Assembly (NCBI RefSeq): GCF_028641065.1
Contig: NC_073400.1
Coordinates: 14,322,001 to 14,386,000 of the forward strand
Origin: Leucoraja erinacea
Lineage: Eukaryota
Length of the DNA stretch: 64,000 nt
Reading direction: 5' to 3'
The notes under the pieces are model-generated. The model was not told the DNA's origin. It did not search any database and worked only from the letters and a program-made list of their open reading frames with translations. The position numbers and the translations under genes are program-made. Shown here in pieces: positions 28,279 through 41,381 of this stretch. How positions within the stretch are numbered: position 1 is the first letter of the stretch; every line of letters starts with the position of its first letter.

Positions 28279-29220
28279 AGATAGACACAAAAAGCTGGAG
28301 TAACTCAGAGGGACAGGCAGCATCTCTGGACAGAAGGAATGGGCAACGTTTCAGGTCGATACCCTTCTTCAGACTGAGAATCAGGGGAGAGAGAGTCTGG
28401 GAGATAAAGAAGTGTGAGAGTTCAAAAGAGATGATGTTCAAGGAAAATATAGAAAAGATCATTGTTAGCTAGGAGAAGGTGACAACAAAGCAAACAGATA
28501 AAATGTAATCAGAGGGACAGTCAGACTGGTCAGAGGACTGGGAAGGGGGAGGGATGGAGAGAGAGGGAAAGCAAGGGTTACTTGAAGTTACAGGTCAAAT
28601 TCATACCGCTGGGGTGTAAGCTGGCCAAGCGAAATCTGTAGTCACGGTGGCGCAGCGGTAGAGTTGCTGCCTTACAGCGAATGCAGCGCCAGAGACCCGG
28701 GTTCGATCCCAATTAAGGATGGTGTCTGTACAGAGTTTGTGCGCTTCCCCGTGACCTGCATGGGTTTTCTCTGAGATCCGCGGTTTCTTCCCCCATTCCA
28801 AAGAAGTGCAGGTTTGTAGGTTAATCGGCTTGGTAAACGTAAAAATTATCCCTTGTGGGTGTAGGATAGTGTTAATGTGCGGGGATCGCTGGTCGGCGTA
28901 GACCCGATGGGCCAAAGGGCCTGTTTCCGTGCTGTATCTCTAAACATAACTAAAACAAAATGAGGTATTGTTCCTCAAATTTGTGCTGGGCCTCACTCTG
29001 ACAATGGAGGAGGCCTAGGACAGAAAGATCAGTGTGGGGATGGGAGGGGGAGTTAAAGTGTTTAGCAACCGGGAGATTATGCGGACTGAGCGGAGGTGTT
29101 CTTTCGACACAAAACGTCGCCTATTCCTTCTCTCCAGAGATGCTGCCTGTTCCGCCGAGTTACTCCGGCTTTTTGTGTCTATCTTTGGTGTAAACCAGCA
29201 TCTTCAGTTCCTTCCTAAAC
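28279..29220. mobile_element. Penelope-like element fragment with inverted structure, 14-bp TSD and a nested V-SINE
   Basis: AAGATTCTGCAGGT is duplicated at 28265-28278 and 29221-29234. A minus-strand PLE 3' region (28279-~29100) is followed by a plus-strand pLTR end with tail (~29105-29220). Confidence 0.85.
28641..28950 (+). mobile_element. tRNA-derived V-SINE (HE1-like), well-preserved copy
   Basis: A-box-like GGTGGCGCAGCGG, B-box GGGTTCGATCCC, V-domain-like GAGTTTGTGCGCTTCCCCGTGACCTGCATGGGTTTTCTC, CR1-like tail GGGCCAAAGGGCCTGTTTCCGTGCTGTATCTCTAAA. Confidence 0.88.
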
Positions 29221-29752
29221 AAGATTCTGCAGGTGTTCAGTTGGGAGACTTACCTACCCACTGGACCTCACTGACAAACCTTCCCCCTCCATTCACTGTT
29301 GAAGAGGAAACAGCCATACTTCACAAGAATGTTGCAAAGATTGGAAAATGGTACAAATGACTAGAGTTTGGATATGCTGAGGCTGTTTTCTTCAGAACTA
29401 AGGAGCCAGAGAGGAGGCACAAATGAGGTGTGTGTAATATAATGCTGGACCTAAACAAAGTAAAATAAATGACCAATGGACATTTGCAATGGAGGCTTAA
29501 ATAAGGGAGCATTGACTGAAAGTTATCAATAGAAGTATTAGTGGGGAGATGATGAAAACAAGTGAGACCAATGATAATACCATAAGACAAAGGATCCAAA
29601 TTATACCATTCAGCCCATGGAGTCTGCGCTACCATTCGATCATGCCTGATCTATTTTTCCCTCTACCCCATTCTCCCCATAACCTTTGATGCCCTATTTC
29701 AGTCAATGGGCAGTAAGTTTCAGAAAGGATGCCAGAGACAATTATCGTCTAT

Positions 29753-30350
29753 GGTTCAATGGTGCTTTATTCACATCTACCTAGATACAGTGAGATTTGT
29801 TTCCTTGCATACAATTTGGTAAAACATCTCACTATACATAGACACCATCATTCAAGAATGCAAGAATAGTAGATTACACTGAAGCAGTACACAAAAGTCG
29901 CCACATTTCCGGCACTATCCCACATCCCTCAAGTTCAAAGTTGTTTAGAGTCTCAACTTAGCCTTAAAGTCGGTGGCGCTGGGTTGGAGTTGGAGGGATC
30001 GCCCTGGCCAGACGATGTATCGATGTCCTCCACTGCGCCGTGCCAATGCAAACCATGTCGGATCCATGCACTCGGACTCTTGGAGTAGCACCCGATCTAA
30101 TCGAGCCCAAGGCTGCTGCAGGGTCACCGAGGCCTGGATCCCGACATGTTGACCCGCGAATGTGCCGTCCCCTTGCCTCACATGGCCACCGTGCCCTGGG
30201 GTGCCTGCAACAGTCGACATCACAACCCCCAGAGCACCTCCAAGGACAGGGGAAGTAACCCCCAGCCCTCTCACCGGCACCATTCTTTTGCGCCGTCCGC
30301 TACTGCCGCCATCTTGAAGGAAACCACCACTGCCGCCGCCATCTTGAAGG
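29753..30350 (-). mobile_element. GC-rich non-coding retroposon (family B); second copy at ~26055-26880 with a nested SINE
   Basis: 29860-30240 aligns by eye with 26400-26830; both have the GTTCAATGGT.CTTTA...ACCTAGATACAG tail; AAGATGGCGGC occurs twice at the minus-strand 5' end. Confidence 0.68.
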
Positions 30351-31541
30351 GTGTCAGAGGTTATGGGGAGAAGGCAGGGAAATAGGGTTAGGAGGGAGAG
30401 ATACTGTAGTTCAGCAATGGCAGAGTTGATTTGATGGGTCGAATGGCCTAGGTTTGCTCCTTATGGAACAGGGCTGATGAAGTGGCTGCCTCTATGCTTC
30501 AGCACTTGGGACTTGTTTAGAAAGTACTTGGTTGTTCACTTGAAGATACCTGAGTGTAGAGCTGAGGACTTAGTGCTGGGAAGTCAGATTACGGCAGATA
30601 GCTCTTTTTTTCAATTGGCATATACATGATAAGACTAATCTCGTAACACCAGTACAAGAAGATTAGTTTTAAAAAGTTAGCAAGATTCACAATGTTGGGT
30701 CAGAATTCATTGTAGCCAGTGCACGAGCTGATTGATCGCCAATGATTAGTCTGGCAGATACCTATTGAATTTTCATGAGCTATTTCACAGAAAACTGGTA
30801 TAAGCGAAGATGGAAATAGTGCAGCTCTATCGTAAAGACCATCTGGGAGCTGGGTATGTGAATGGTTATTTCACCGTTCTAAAAAACATGAACACTAGAT
30901 TAATCTCTTTAGTTTGGAGACACATGATTTTCTCCAGCAGTTTGTTTTTTCGCTCAGCCTATTGATTCTGCACCTTTCTGGGAGGGGATCAGATAGGGAT
31001 TTGTGGCAGTACAGTGTGGTACAGTAATCACAAACAGTTTGTTGTGTCATGATGCAGCTCCATAGGACTTTGTTTAGGCCACATTTGGATGCAATTCACG
31101 TCACCCCATTTTAGGAAGGATGTGAAGGCTTTGGAGAGAGGGTGCAGAGGGGTTTTGCCAGAATGCTGCCTGGATTAGAGGGTTACAGCTACAAGGAGAG
31201 GTTGGATAAACTTGAAACTTGTGAGGAAGCCGTCATGTCGCTCATTCCTTCTATCCAGATATGCTGCCTGTTCCACTGAATTACTCCGATATTTTGGGTC
31301 AGTCTTCGGTGTAATTCACCATCTGTAGCTCCTTCCTACACATACCAATGAATATGATATTGATACCCAAAGGAGAACCTAATCGCCTATTGTTCTGTAA
31401 TAAATTTGTTAAGCTAAACCGTTGAAGTATTTTCTATGTAATTAATGAAATTTTACTTTTATTTTGGAGTCATAATCATACAGCTTGGAAACAGGCCTTT
31501 CGGCCCAACTTGCCCATGCCGTCCAACACATGCCCCACCTA

Positions 31542-31662
31542 AGGTACACAAAAAAGCTGGAGAAACTCAGCGGGTGCAGCAGCATCTATGCTGCTGCACC
31601 TGCTGAGTTTCTCCAGCTTTTTTGTGTACCTTCGATTCTCCAGCATCTGCAGTTCCTTCTTA
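31542..31662. mobile_element. Penelope-derived fold-back mini-element (45-bp hairpin + tail) with 17-bp TSD
   Basis: AACACATGCCCCACCTA at 31525-31541 and 31663-31679; arms 31541-31585 and 31588-31632 are reverse complements with one mismatch. Confidence 0.9.
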
Positions 31663-34186
31663 AACACATGCCCCACCTACATGTGTTTAGTCCATATTCC
31701 GCCAAACCTTTCCTGTCCACGTATCTGTATAAATGATCCTTAAATGGTGTGAGAGTAATTTTTTTTTTTAATGCTGCTGAGGTAGCAACCCACAACACAA
31801 ATTCCTTTCTAACTTAAGCCTTTAAATATATGTTAAACTTTAGGCAATATATGTTAACCTTAACATGGCAAAACATAAAATCTAGTGATGAGATAAATGT
31901 TGTTGAAAATCCCTTAAATATGCATGCCAAAATAAAATTATCATATGCATTTAGAAAATTAGACACATTTTACAAAGAAGTCAAAATTCAAAAGCAGCTT
32001 TGACGTAGCCTTTATGACAAGTGACTTCAGCAAATTACTCTTATTGTATAGAACAAACCGTTCCCATCACAATCTATGCTGTAGGCATACTGAATACCAT
32101 ATTTTATTACATTAATAAAATATCCGCAGTCAGAGATTAGAAATCCAAAGGATACTGACATAATTCATGATTTTGGCTATTGGTTTGATGATTTTTTCAG
32201 CATTTGCTAATAAGGGCAATTCTGCCTTTGAAGTCAAATGATTTTTATCCTAAAAGGCTTGCAGATCATTTAAAATAGGAAGGTTGGGTCTAGATATAGA
32301 CAGATAGATAAAAGGCCTTTATAGAGTAGACGTGGAAAATATGTCTCCAGTAATGGAAGAGTCTAGAGCCCGAGGGCACAGCCTCAGAATAAAAGAACGT
32401 ACCTTCAAAATAGAGATGAGGAGGAATTTCTTTAGCCAGACGGTGATGAATCTGTGGAATTTATTGCTACGGACGGCTGTGGAGATCAAGTCATTGGGTA
32501 ATTTAAAGGTAGAAATTGATAGGTTCTTGATCAGGAATGGCATCAAAGGTTACAGGGAGAAGACAGGGGAATTGGGTTGAAAGGGAAAAATAGATCTGCC
32601 AAGATTGAATGGCAGAGTAGACTCAATGGGTTGAATGGCCTAATTCTATTCGTACGTTTTATACTTACAACTTTGCAGGATCTTATACATTTCAGTGGGA
32701 ATTCATCTTTTGATAAATCGTATTGGTGTTTGAACTGGAAACTTAAATTCCATGCATACCATCAATTAAATATATCATATTTAATATAGTTACAATTCAG
32801 CCAAATATAATACGGTACCCTATGAAGAATACAATCATGATTATTACATTATATGAATTAACCATTTAAATTAAATACTATGTGACAAGTTTCAAGAGCA
32901 AGAGTAACAAATCTATCGCCAATAGAAAGTTGATCTAAATACCAACAAACTATACAGCAATCCTATAATATCCTGTTAAATTACTATCAGTTGCTTTGCC
33001 TGTCAATTTTATAGTTTTAAAATGTCAGTGTTGAGAGTAGATACAAATTTATTGGGGTTTTTCTGTGTTCTTATGTCCAGCAAGTTTACATTCTCAAGCA
33101 AAACCAAAAATCCTTTCTGGGCATCACAGTGGCACAGCAATAGAGTTGCTACCTCAGAGGGTCAGAGATCCAGGATCGATCCAGACTACGGGTTCTGTCT
33201 GTACGGAGTTTGTACATTCTCCCCGTGACTGTGCGGATTTTCTCCGGGACCTCTGGTTTCACCCCACATTCCAAGAACATGTAAGTTTGTAGGTTATGGT
33301 AATTATCTTCTGTAAATTGCCCCTAGTGTGTAAGTTGCGAAAATGGGATAACATAGAACTAATGTACGAGTGATCGAAGGTCATTGTGGAATCAACGGAG
33401 ACTGAAGTGCCTATTTTGATGCTGTATCTCTAAATTAAACTGAACTAAATTAATCCAGGGACTATCCAGGCAACATATTTTACTACTCAATTAAATACGT
33501 CTTATTCATATCAGACCAAATTACATTTCAGAGGAACACTTTGTGGACTTTACGTTGTTGTCTCCGCCATCATTAACTGTGCCTTCTCCAACAAATTATT
33601 TTCCCATCAACTGATTCCAACATAATCCTCAATCTATCTTAAGCTTGTCCAGAACCTCAGCATTCTGTTAAGTTAAGATTCTGCTAAATTCCCTACATGA
33701 CAAGGACAATTTCCTACTCCTTCTGTAATGTTCTCACCTCTGTTCTGCCTCAGCCTATATGCCATTTAAATTCTCTCTACTGTTATCCAGCTTTGATGAT
33801 TCAAACATTCTTCTCCCATCTCTAGGCATTCTTCTCCCATCTCTATGCATTGTTGAGTTATCAAAATTTATTCTTCTACAGTAGCGAAAGCCCCATTTCA
33901 CTGTAACTGAGTGCACGTGACAATTGTAAACCAATGCTGATATCAATTTCTGTAGATGCACCAAATCAACCTGGCATTTGGAGTGTTGCATGCAGTTCTC
34001 GTTGCCCAATTACGGGAAGGAAGTGGAGACTTTGCAGAAGAGATTTATGCGAATCTGTTTAGTTTAGTTTAGTTTATTGTCACGTTTACCAAGGTACAGT
34101 GAAAAACCTTTGTAGCATGCTATCCAGTCAGCAGAAAGACAATATATGATTATAATCGAGCCATTTACAGTGCAAAGATGCATGAT

Positions 34187-34800
34187 ACATAGATACATAG
34201 AAAATAGGTGCAGGAGTAGGCCATTCGGCCCTTCGAGCTTGCACCGCCATTCAATATGATCATGGCTGATCATCCAACTCAGTATCCCGTACCTGCCTTC
34301 TCTCCATACCCCCTGATCCCTTTAGCCACAAGGGCCACATCTAACTCCCTCTTAAATATAGCCAATGAACTGGCCTCAACTGCCCTCTGTGGCAGAGAGT
34401 TCCAGAGATTCACCACTCTCTGTGTGAAAAATGTTTTTCTCATCTCGGTCTCAAAGGTGCGACCCCTTGTCCTGGACTTCCCCAACATCGGGAACAATCT
34501 TCCTGCATCTAGCCTGTCCAACCCCTTAAGAATTTTGTAAGTTTCTATAAGATCCCCCCCTCAATCTCCTAAATTCTAGCGAGTATAAGCCGAGTCTATC
34601 CAGTCTTTCTCCATATGAAAGTCCTGACATCCCAGGAATCAGTCTGGTGAACCTTCTCTGCACTCCCTCTATGGCAATAATGTCCTTCCTCAGATTTGGA
34701 GACCAAAACTGTACGCAATACTTCAGGTGTGGTCTCACCAAGACCCTGTACAACTGCAGTTGAACCTCCCTGCTCCTATACTCAAATCCTTTTGCTGTGA
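34187..34800 (-). mobile_element. Young CR1 (HER1-like) 3' fragment with intact 3' end
   Basis: LYRVLVRPHL.YCVQFWSP, LGLYSLEFRRLRG, FFTQRVVNLWNSLP; 3' end GGGCCGAATGGCCTACTCCTG plus TATGTATCTATG tail. Confidence 0.9.
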
Positions 34801-37800
34801 AATATGATAAGGGAATAATGTTTATTGCAAGGTAAAGCCAGCAAAGTCCGATCATGGATAGGCTGAGGGTCATCAATGACGTAGATAGTAGTTCAGGACG
34901 GCTCTCTGGTTGTGGTAGGGTGATTCATTTGCATGGTAAACAGCTGGGAAGAAACTGTCCCTGAATATGGAGGTGTGCATTTTCACAATTCATTACCTTT
35001 TGCCTGATGGGAGAGGGGAGAAGAGGGAGTGGTCAAGGTGTGACTCGTCCTTGGTTATGCTGCTGGCCTTGCTGAGGCAGCATGAGGTATAAATGGAGTC
35101 AATGGAAAGGAAGTTGGTTTATGTGATGGTCTGGGCTGCGTCTGCAATTTGCTGCAATTTCTTATGGCCCTGGATGAATACTGCCTGTTTTAGAAGACAT
35201 TAGCTCTGAGGATAGGTTGATCAAACCTGGATTGTTTTCTGTAGAACATCGTAAGTTAATAATAAGATCTTTTTTAAATTGTCATTGCACACAAGCGCAA
35301 CGAGATTTGGTTGAGGGCAGACCCGATAGAAAAATGTAAGATTATGAGAAGCATAAATAGGGTAGATGGTCAATACTTACTTCCCATAATGGAATGTGCC
35401 ATCAGGGTGATATCAGTACCATTCCAATTGTGCTTATTGATCGACACTGGTTAGAAGTCCACTCGTCCTACAGTGTTAATGTTTTCACCTTTATGTTCAA
35501 ACCCTTCCTTTACCTCAACAACATGCCCCCACCCTCCCTTCCTCCATCTCTCTATGGAGTTTGGACGCCCTCCCGTAACCTGCATGGGTTTTCTCCGGAT
35601 GCTCCGGTTCCCTCACACACTTAAAAGGCATACGGATTTGTAGGTTAATTGGCTTTGGTGGACTGAAGGGCCTGTTTCCACACTTTGATTATAAAATTAA
35701 AAAAAACTAAACTACCAAAATTAGAGGGACAATTTTAACAAAAAAAAATCCTAAAACAAATAAAGGTTCAGGAGTACTCCAACAGTAAAACTAAGTCTTG
35801 AATAGAGAACGGAGGTCACAGAAAAATTTAATTAGGTAACAAACTAGGTCTTGATTACAGAACAAAATGATTATCCACAAGTTTAACTTAGTTGACAGTA
35901 GTTCCAATTTTATGTTCCAATGATGGGTTTATGCTATTACATAATCAATGAAGTCCCTGAAACTTGGGTGTCATCACTTGGGTGAACTTTTGTTCCGCCT
36001 TCCATCATGGTGAGGAATGTGTAGGAGTCACTGTGGTGGATGTTAATGTTAAAATGTAATTTGTGTTTTCCATTGCTTTTTATTTGTATGACTGACTTGG
36101 CAAATGAAATTCCTCATATGTTGCCAAACATACTTGGCTATTAAAGTATTATTGTGATTGTGATCACTGCTGCATTCTATGTCTCTGCTTTTAAGCTTTG
36201 TCTGGGGTTCCATGTCACCACATTAGGCCAATCCATATCGCTTTTTACAAATTATTAAGCCTATTCTTTCCCCTACAATGTCCATTAAAGCCATTCCTTC
36301 CATTGCCTTTTCAGTAGCTGCCTGGTAGATATTGTGGCTGTTTCAGCTGAAAAGATGAATTATTGCTCTCTCCATTATCTAGCTGGTAGCCATTATGTAC
36401 ACAAGTATGTTATAATGCCCTGGAAAATATCAATGTTTTACATGGTGGATGGTGGGAACTCTTCTCCCTTCCACCTTCTCATCCATGCCTCCAGCGTAGC
36501 ATTGGAAAAGTTTGGAGTCAGCTCTCAATTGTGATATTCCTTGCTTATTTGAACAAATTAATCAGAGCTGATAATACATGGAAATACAATCAAGTCTATC
36601 TCAAGGACAATAGGCAGAACTACAGAGTGCTGAATTCTCAGCATTGTAGCGCATCAGTTCCAGAGACAAAGTCCAATGTCTGAAATGTAGTAGAGGTGAA
36701 TTAGGTAGAACCCTAGCTTATAGAAGGACCACTTAGAAGCCCAATAACAGAGAGTAAGAAACTGTTCCTAAGTCTGATGGTGGCATTAAGAGTTCCAAGT
36801 ATTCAAGTGGAAAATTGCTTGGGAGACTAGTGTGTAGAAAATAGTTCTCAGCATTGTAGCGCATCAGTTCCAAAGCCAAAGTCCAATGTCCATAATGGGG
36901 TAGAGGTAAACCTTAGCTTACGGAACGACATTTCACAAGCCTGATAAGAGAGGGGACACCAGTTTCCGAGTCTGGTGGCCACCCTTTCAAGCTTCTGTAT
37001 CTTCTGCCAAATGGGAGCAGGGAGAAGAAGAATGACTGGGTTGGGACAAGTCTTTGATTATGCTGGGTGCTTTTCTGAGGCAGCGTTAAGTATGGATGGA
37101 GCCAACGGTGGGAAGTTGGGTCTGTGTGATGGACTGGGCCACATGAGCATTTCTCACTGTGTGCAAGATTCCCCTACATCACTTCTGTCTCAATAGCAAA
37201 GGTTCAGTCATATTTTTCTCATGATATCTAATTTTCTGAAAAGGTATTTTTAAAGGTTCAAGGTTGCTATAAATCAGCATAATGTATTCTTCTGGCTGCT
37301 GCTGAAATGATTTGAACAGGACACAATGAGTTATTATTGTAATGTTGTTTACCTGCACATATCTTGCTCTGCGAAAATGGCTTTTCCTCAGGTAATAATG
37401 GTGTAATGTATGTCTCAGCTACTGCAGAGCCGAGATGGGTAGTGATTACATAAAGCTTTGATGAGATCAGTCGGAGAGCACGGCTTCGGAATAACTGCTC
37501 CGAGATCTATTTATATTGCGGACATCAGAATTGCTTCGAACTTCTGAAAAAGTATTTTTCATTACAAATCCAAAATATAAATCCTGACAGTTCTTGAGTT
37601 CATCCAATGAAGAATTGATTCTGACATACAAATTAACCTACAAAAAAATATATTTATATTTAATGAAATAAATATCCTGAAGTAGTTTTATTCTCACCTG
37701 TGCATAGTCAACAAAACCAAATTATTGTTGGTCTAATTTCATTGATTTAAATCCTCTATTATACAACTGCAGTTTCGGGTCGTAAAGTCATACAGTGTGA

Positions 37801-38099
37801 AAACAAGCCCTTCGGCCCAACTTGCCCTTGCCAATCAACAAACCCCATCTACTTTAGTCCCACCTGCCCGTATTTATTTGGCCCAACTCCCTCTCAAGCT
37901 ATCCTATCCAAACCTGTCCAAATGTTTCTTAAACATGGTTTTAGTGCTAACCTCAACTACCTCCTCGTCCCATACACCTACCACCCTTTGTGTAAAAAAG
38001 TTGCCCCTCAAGTTCCTATTAAATCTATCCAATCTTACCTTAAACCAATGTCCCCTGGTTCTTGATCCTTACCTAAATTGTTGCTACACCTGGAAGATA

Positions 38100-38400
38100 C
38101 CGGCATGGCACGGAGGCACAGCAATAGAGTTGCTGCTTTACAGCGCCAGAGACCCAGGTTCGATCCTGACTACGGGTGCTGTCTGTACGGAGTTTGTACG
38201 TTCTCCCTCCCTGTGGCCGCATGGGTTTTCTGTGGGTGCCCCAGTTACCTCCCACATTCCAAAGACGTGCTGGTTTATAGGTTGATTGGCTTCTGTAAAT
38301 TGTTTCTAGTGTGTCGGATAGATCTGGTGTACGGGTGATTGCTGGTTAGTGCAGACTTGGTGGGCCGAGGGGCCTGTTTCTGTAAACTGAACTAAACTAA
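38100..38400 (+). mobile_element. tRNA-derived V-SINE; other plus copies at ~2791-3410 (interrupted), 11917-12220, 15883-16060, 18395-18704, 33120-33445, 57975-58300
   Basis: GGTTCGATCC B-box, V-domain, CCTGTTTC tail with (AACTA)n. Confidence 0.85.
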
Positions 38401-39106
38401 ATACAAGGGATGGGAGGCCTTTTAAAAAAAAATTCAAAATGACGGTGATGTAAATCTGCATATAATGCACCTTAACAAATTATATATCTGCCAGAAAAAA
38501 ACACAAAATATGAACAAAGTAAGATTAACTATAACTAAAGACAGAATGCTGGAGTAACTCATCAGGTCAAGCAGCATCTCTGGAGGACATGGATAGGTGA
38601 TGTTTTAGGTCACGACCCAAAATGTCACCAGAGATGCTCCCTGACGTTGAGTTACTCCAGCACTCTGTTTAAAAAAAACAGCATCTGCAGTTCCTTGTAT
38701 TGCAATGATTAATTATTATCCTTTCCGCGTCGCAAAGTGTGCTGCAACATTTTCCAATCAATCATTAAATTTTACAAGGTGTTTTCAACAAGCTTCTTCA
38801 TGGTTTACTTGTCAGACTGAAATAATAGTTGCAAAAGAAATCGGCAAAGAAATGTGTTTGTAGTCAGAAACATTAAATGTACTTCCACTTGCAAGATTCA
38901 ATTCCATTGCCGTTATACAGAGAACATGTTTTACTAACAACTGGAGATTAATTTGCAAGCAATATTATGTAATGTAATAGAATGATTGCAGAATTTTTGT
39001 GTGAATATATTATGCTGTTGATGAAGAGGTAGAGTGACAGATAATGTGGATGTGGAATGGATGTTTCCACTAGTGGGAGTGTCTAAGACCAGAGAGCACA
39101 ACATAA

Positions 39107-40467
39107 TGTGTGGGAAGGAACCGCAAATGATGGTTTAAACCGAAAATGGACACAAAAAGCTGGAGCAACTCAGCGGGTCAGGCAACTTCTCTGGAGAAAA
39201 GGAATAGGTTTCAGGTCGAGAACCTTCTTCAGACTGAGGATCAGAGGAAAGAGAGACAGTGATGTAGAGAGATATAGAACAAATGAATGAAAGATATGCA
39301 AAAAAGTAACAATGACACAAATCATCTTTCGGGAACAGGGGTTCCCCTCTTCCATCATAGATGAGTATCTCTTACTCACAATTCCTCCGTCTATGCCACA
39401 TCTGCACCCAAGATGAGGTGTTCCATACCAGGACATCGGGATGTGCTCATTCTTTAGGTAACGGTTGTTCCCATCTTCCTTCATTGATGAGGCCCTCACT
39501 CGTATCTTCTCGATATCCCAGTTCTGCTCTTACTCCCCCTCCCCCTAGTCACAACAGGGACAGAATCCCTCCAGTACTTACCTTCCAGCCCATCAGCCAT
39601 CGCATTCAACACGTAATCCTCCAACATTTTCACCACCTCCAACGGGATCCCACCACTAGTCACATCTACCCAGAGACCCTTCCCCCCACAACTTCCTGGT
39701 TAACTCATCCCTTCCCACCCAAACCACCCCCTCCCCAGATACCTTCCCCTGCAACCACAGGAGATGCAACACCTGTCCCTGTACCTCCTCCCTCGACTCT
39801 GTCCAGGGACCCTGACAGTCCTTTGAGGTTAGGGCAGAGGTTCACTTGCACCTCCTGCAACCTCATCTACTGTATCCGTTGTTCAAGGTATGGACCCTTA
39901 TACATTAGCAAGACCAAACGTAGACACTGTTTCACTGAACACCTTCACGCAGTCTGCCTGGACCTACTTGATCTCCCGGTTGCCAAACACTTTAATTCTC
40001 CTTCCCATTCCCACACTGACCTTTCTGTCCTAGGTCTCCTCCATTGTCAAAGTGAGGCCAAATGCAAATTGAAGGAACAGCATCTCATATTTTGCCTGGG
40101 CAGCTTTCAACCCAGTGGTACGACTACTGATTCCTCTAACCTCAAGTAACTCTTCCATTCCCTCTCTCTCCATCCCTCCCCCACCGTCATACCAGTTTCA
40201 AAGTCTTCTCGTTGAATCTCACTGTCTCTACTCATTCTCACCTAGCACTCAGTTAACAATGGCATGTTTGCTTTATCATTGTTACTTTTTTTGCATATCT
40301 TTCATTTATTTGTTCTATATCTCTCTACATCACCATCTATATCTCTTGTTTCCCTTTCCCCTGACTCTCAGTCTGAAGAAAGGTCTTGACCCGAAATGTC
40401 ACCTATTCCATTTCTTCAGAGAGGCTGTCTGGCCCATTGAGTTACTCCAGCTTTTTGTGTCTATCTC
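39107..40467 (+). mobile_element. 5'-truncated Penelope-like element: RT C-terminal/linker remnant + GIY-YIG endonuclease + pLTR, with an inverted pLTR copy at the left end
   Basis: ORF 39361..40149 has FTCTSCNLIYCIRCSRYGPLYISKTKR...PVAKHF...EQHLIFCLGSFQPSG (PLE GIY-YIG with CCHH linker). 39150-39317 is the reverse complement of 40275-40467. It splits a CR1 3' fragment with a degraded TSD CCAGAGAGCACA / CCAAAGGGCACA. Confidence 0.88.
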
Positions 40468-41381
40468 CAAAGGGCACAGAATAAAAGGATGTATCTTTAG
40501 AATTGAGATGAGGATTTCTTTATTCTTTAGTCAGAGGGTAGTTAATCTGTGGAATTCATTGCCACAGATGGCTGTGGCTAAGCCATTGGGTATTTTTAAG
40601 GCAATAATTGATAGATACTTGATTAGTAAGGGTGCCAAAGATTACAGGGAGAAGGCAGCAGAATGAAGCTGAGAGGAAATAAATATCAGCCATGATGTGA
40701 TGGGTTGAATGGTTTAATTCCGCTCCTATGCCTTAATGGTGTCAAGTTCAAAACTTCTCAAATTGTTCAGTTCATTCCAGCTTCCTCAACGCATAATTTT
40801 TATTACTTAAACTTTTCATAAGATTCCATAAAAATCATCACAGGAGATCACATCGATCAACTGCAATGGGTATTTTGCATATTTCAAAATGCAGAATCAT
40901 TGTAATGACAAGCTAAAAGGTGCAATTACATTTATAATGTTTTATATGGTTATTAACCTGGAATTGCTTACGTTGTTGTGGTCTTATTGCTTGTCAGATT
41001 GCAGCATTACATTTTGAAAGGAAAAGTGATCTTGAAAGTATACTTTTTTAAAATGGTACAAAAGACCATAATAGCTGCAAAATTGGCCATTTTATTAGTA
41101 GCAATTTGCCTCCAAATTTCACTGAGGTTGGTGATCCATGGCAGTCTGCAAATTAAAGAGAGTCACGAAGTGTGCATCGGGCAGCATGGTGTCTCAGCGG
41201 TAAAGTTGTTGCATCACAACGCCAGAGACCCATGTTTGGTCCTGAACAAGGGTGCTGTCTGTATGGAGTTTGTGCATTCTCCCTGTGACCGCATGGGTTT
41301 TCTCTGGGTACTCCGGTTTCCTCTCACACTCCAAAAGTGTGCAGGTCTGTCTGTCTGTCTGTCTGGTCCCCTGTGTGCAGG

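Noticed and set aside
28641-28715. tRNA gene-like A/B boxes
   Set aside because: They are SINE heads followed by a V-domain; no complete cloverleaf.
36630-36970. ~200-bp spaced direct repeat (CRISPR- or LTR-like)
   Set aside because: Two diverged copies of a LINE 3' UTR segment; no spacer array, PBS or PPT.
40115-40666. 183-aa ORF
   Set aside because: Chance read-through across a Penelope UTR/pLTR into a CR1 fragment.
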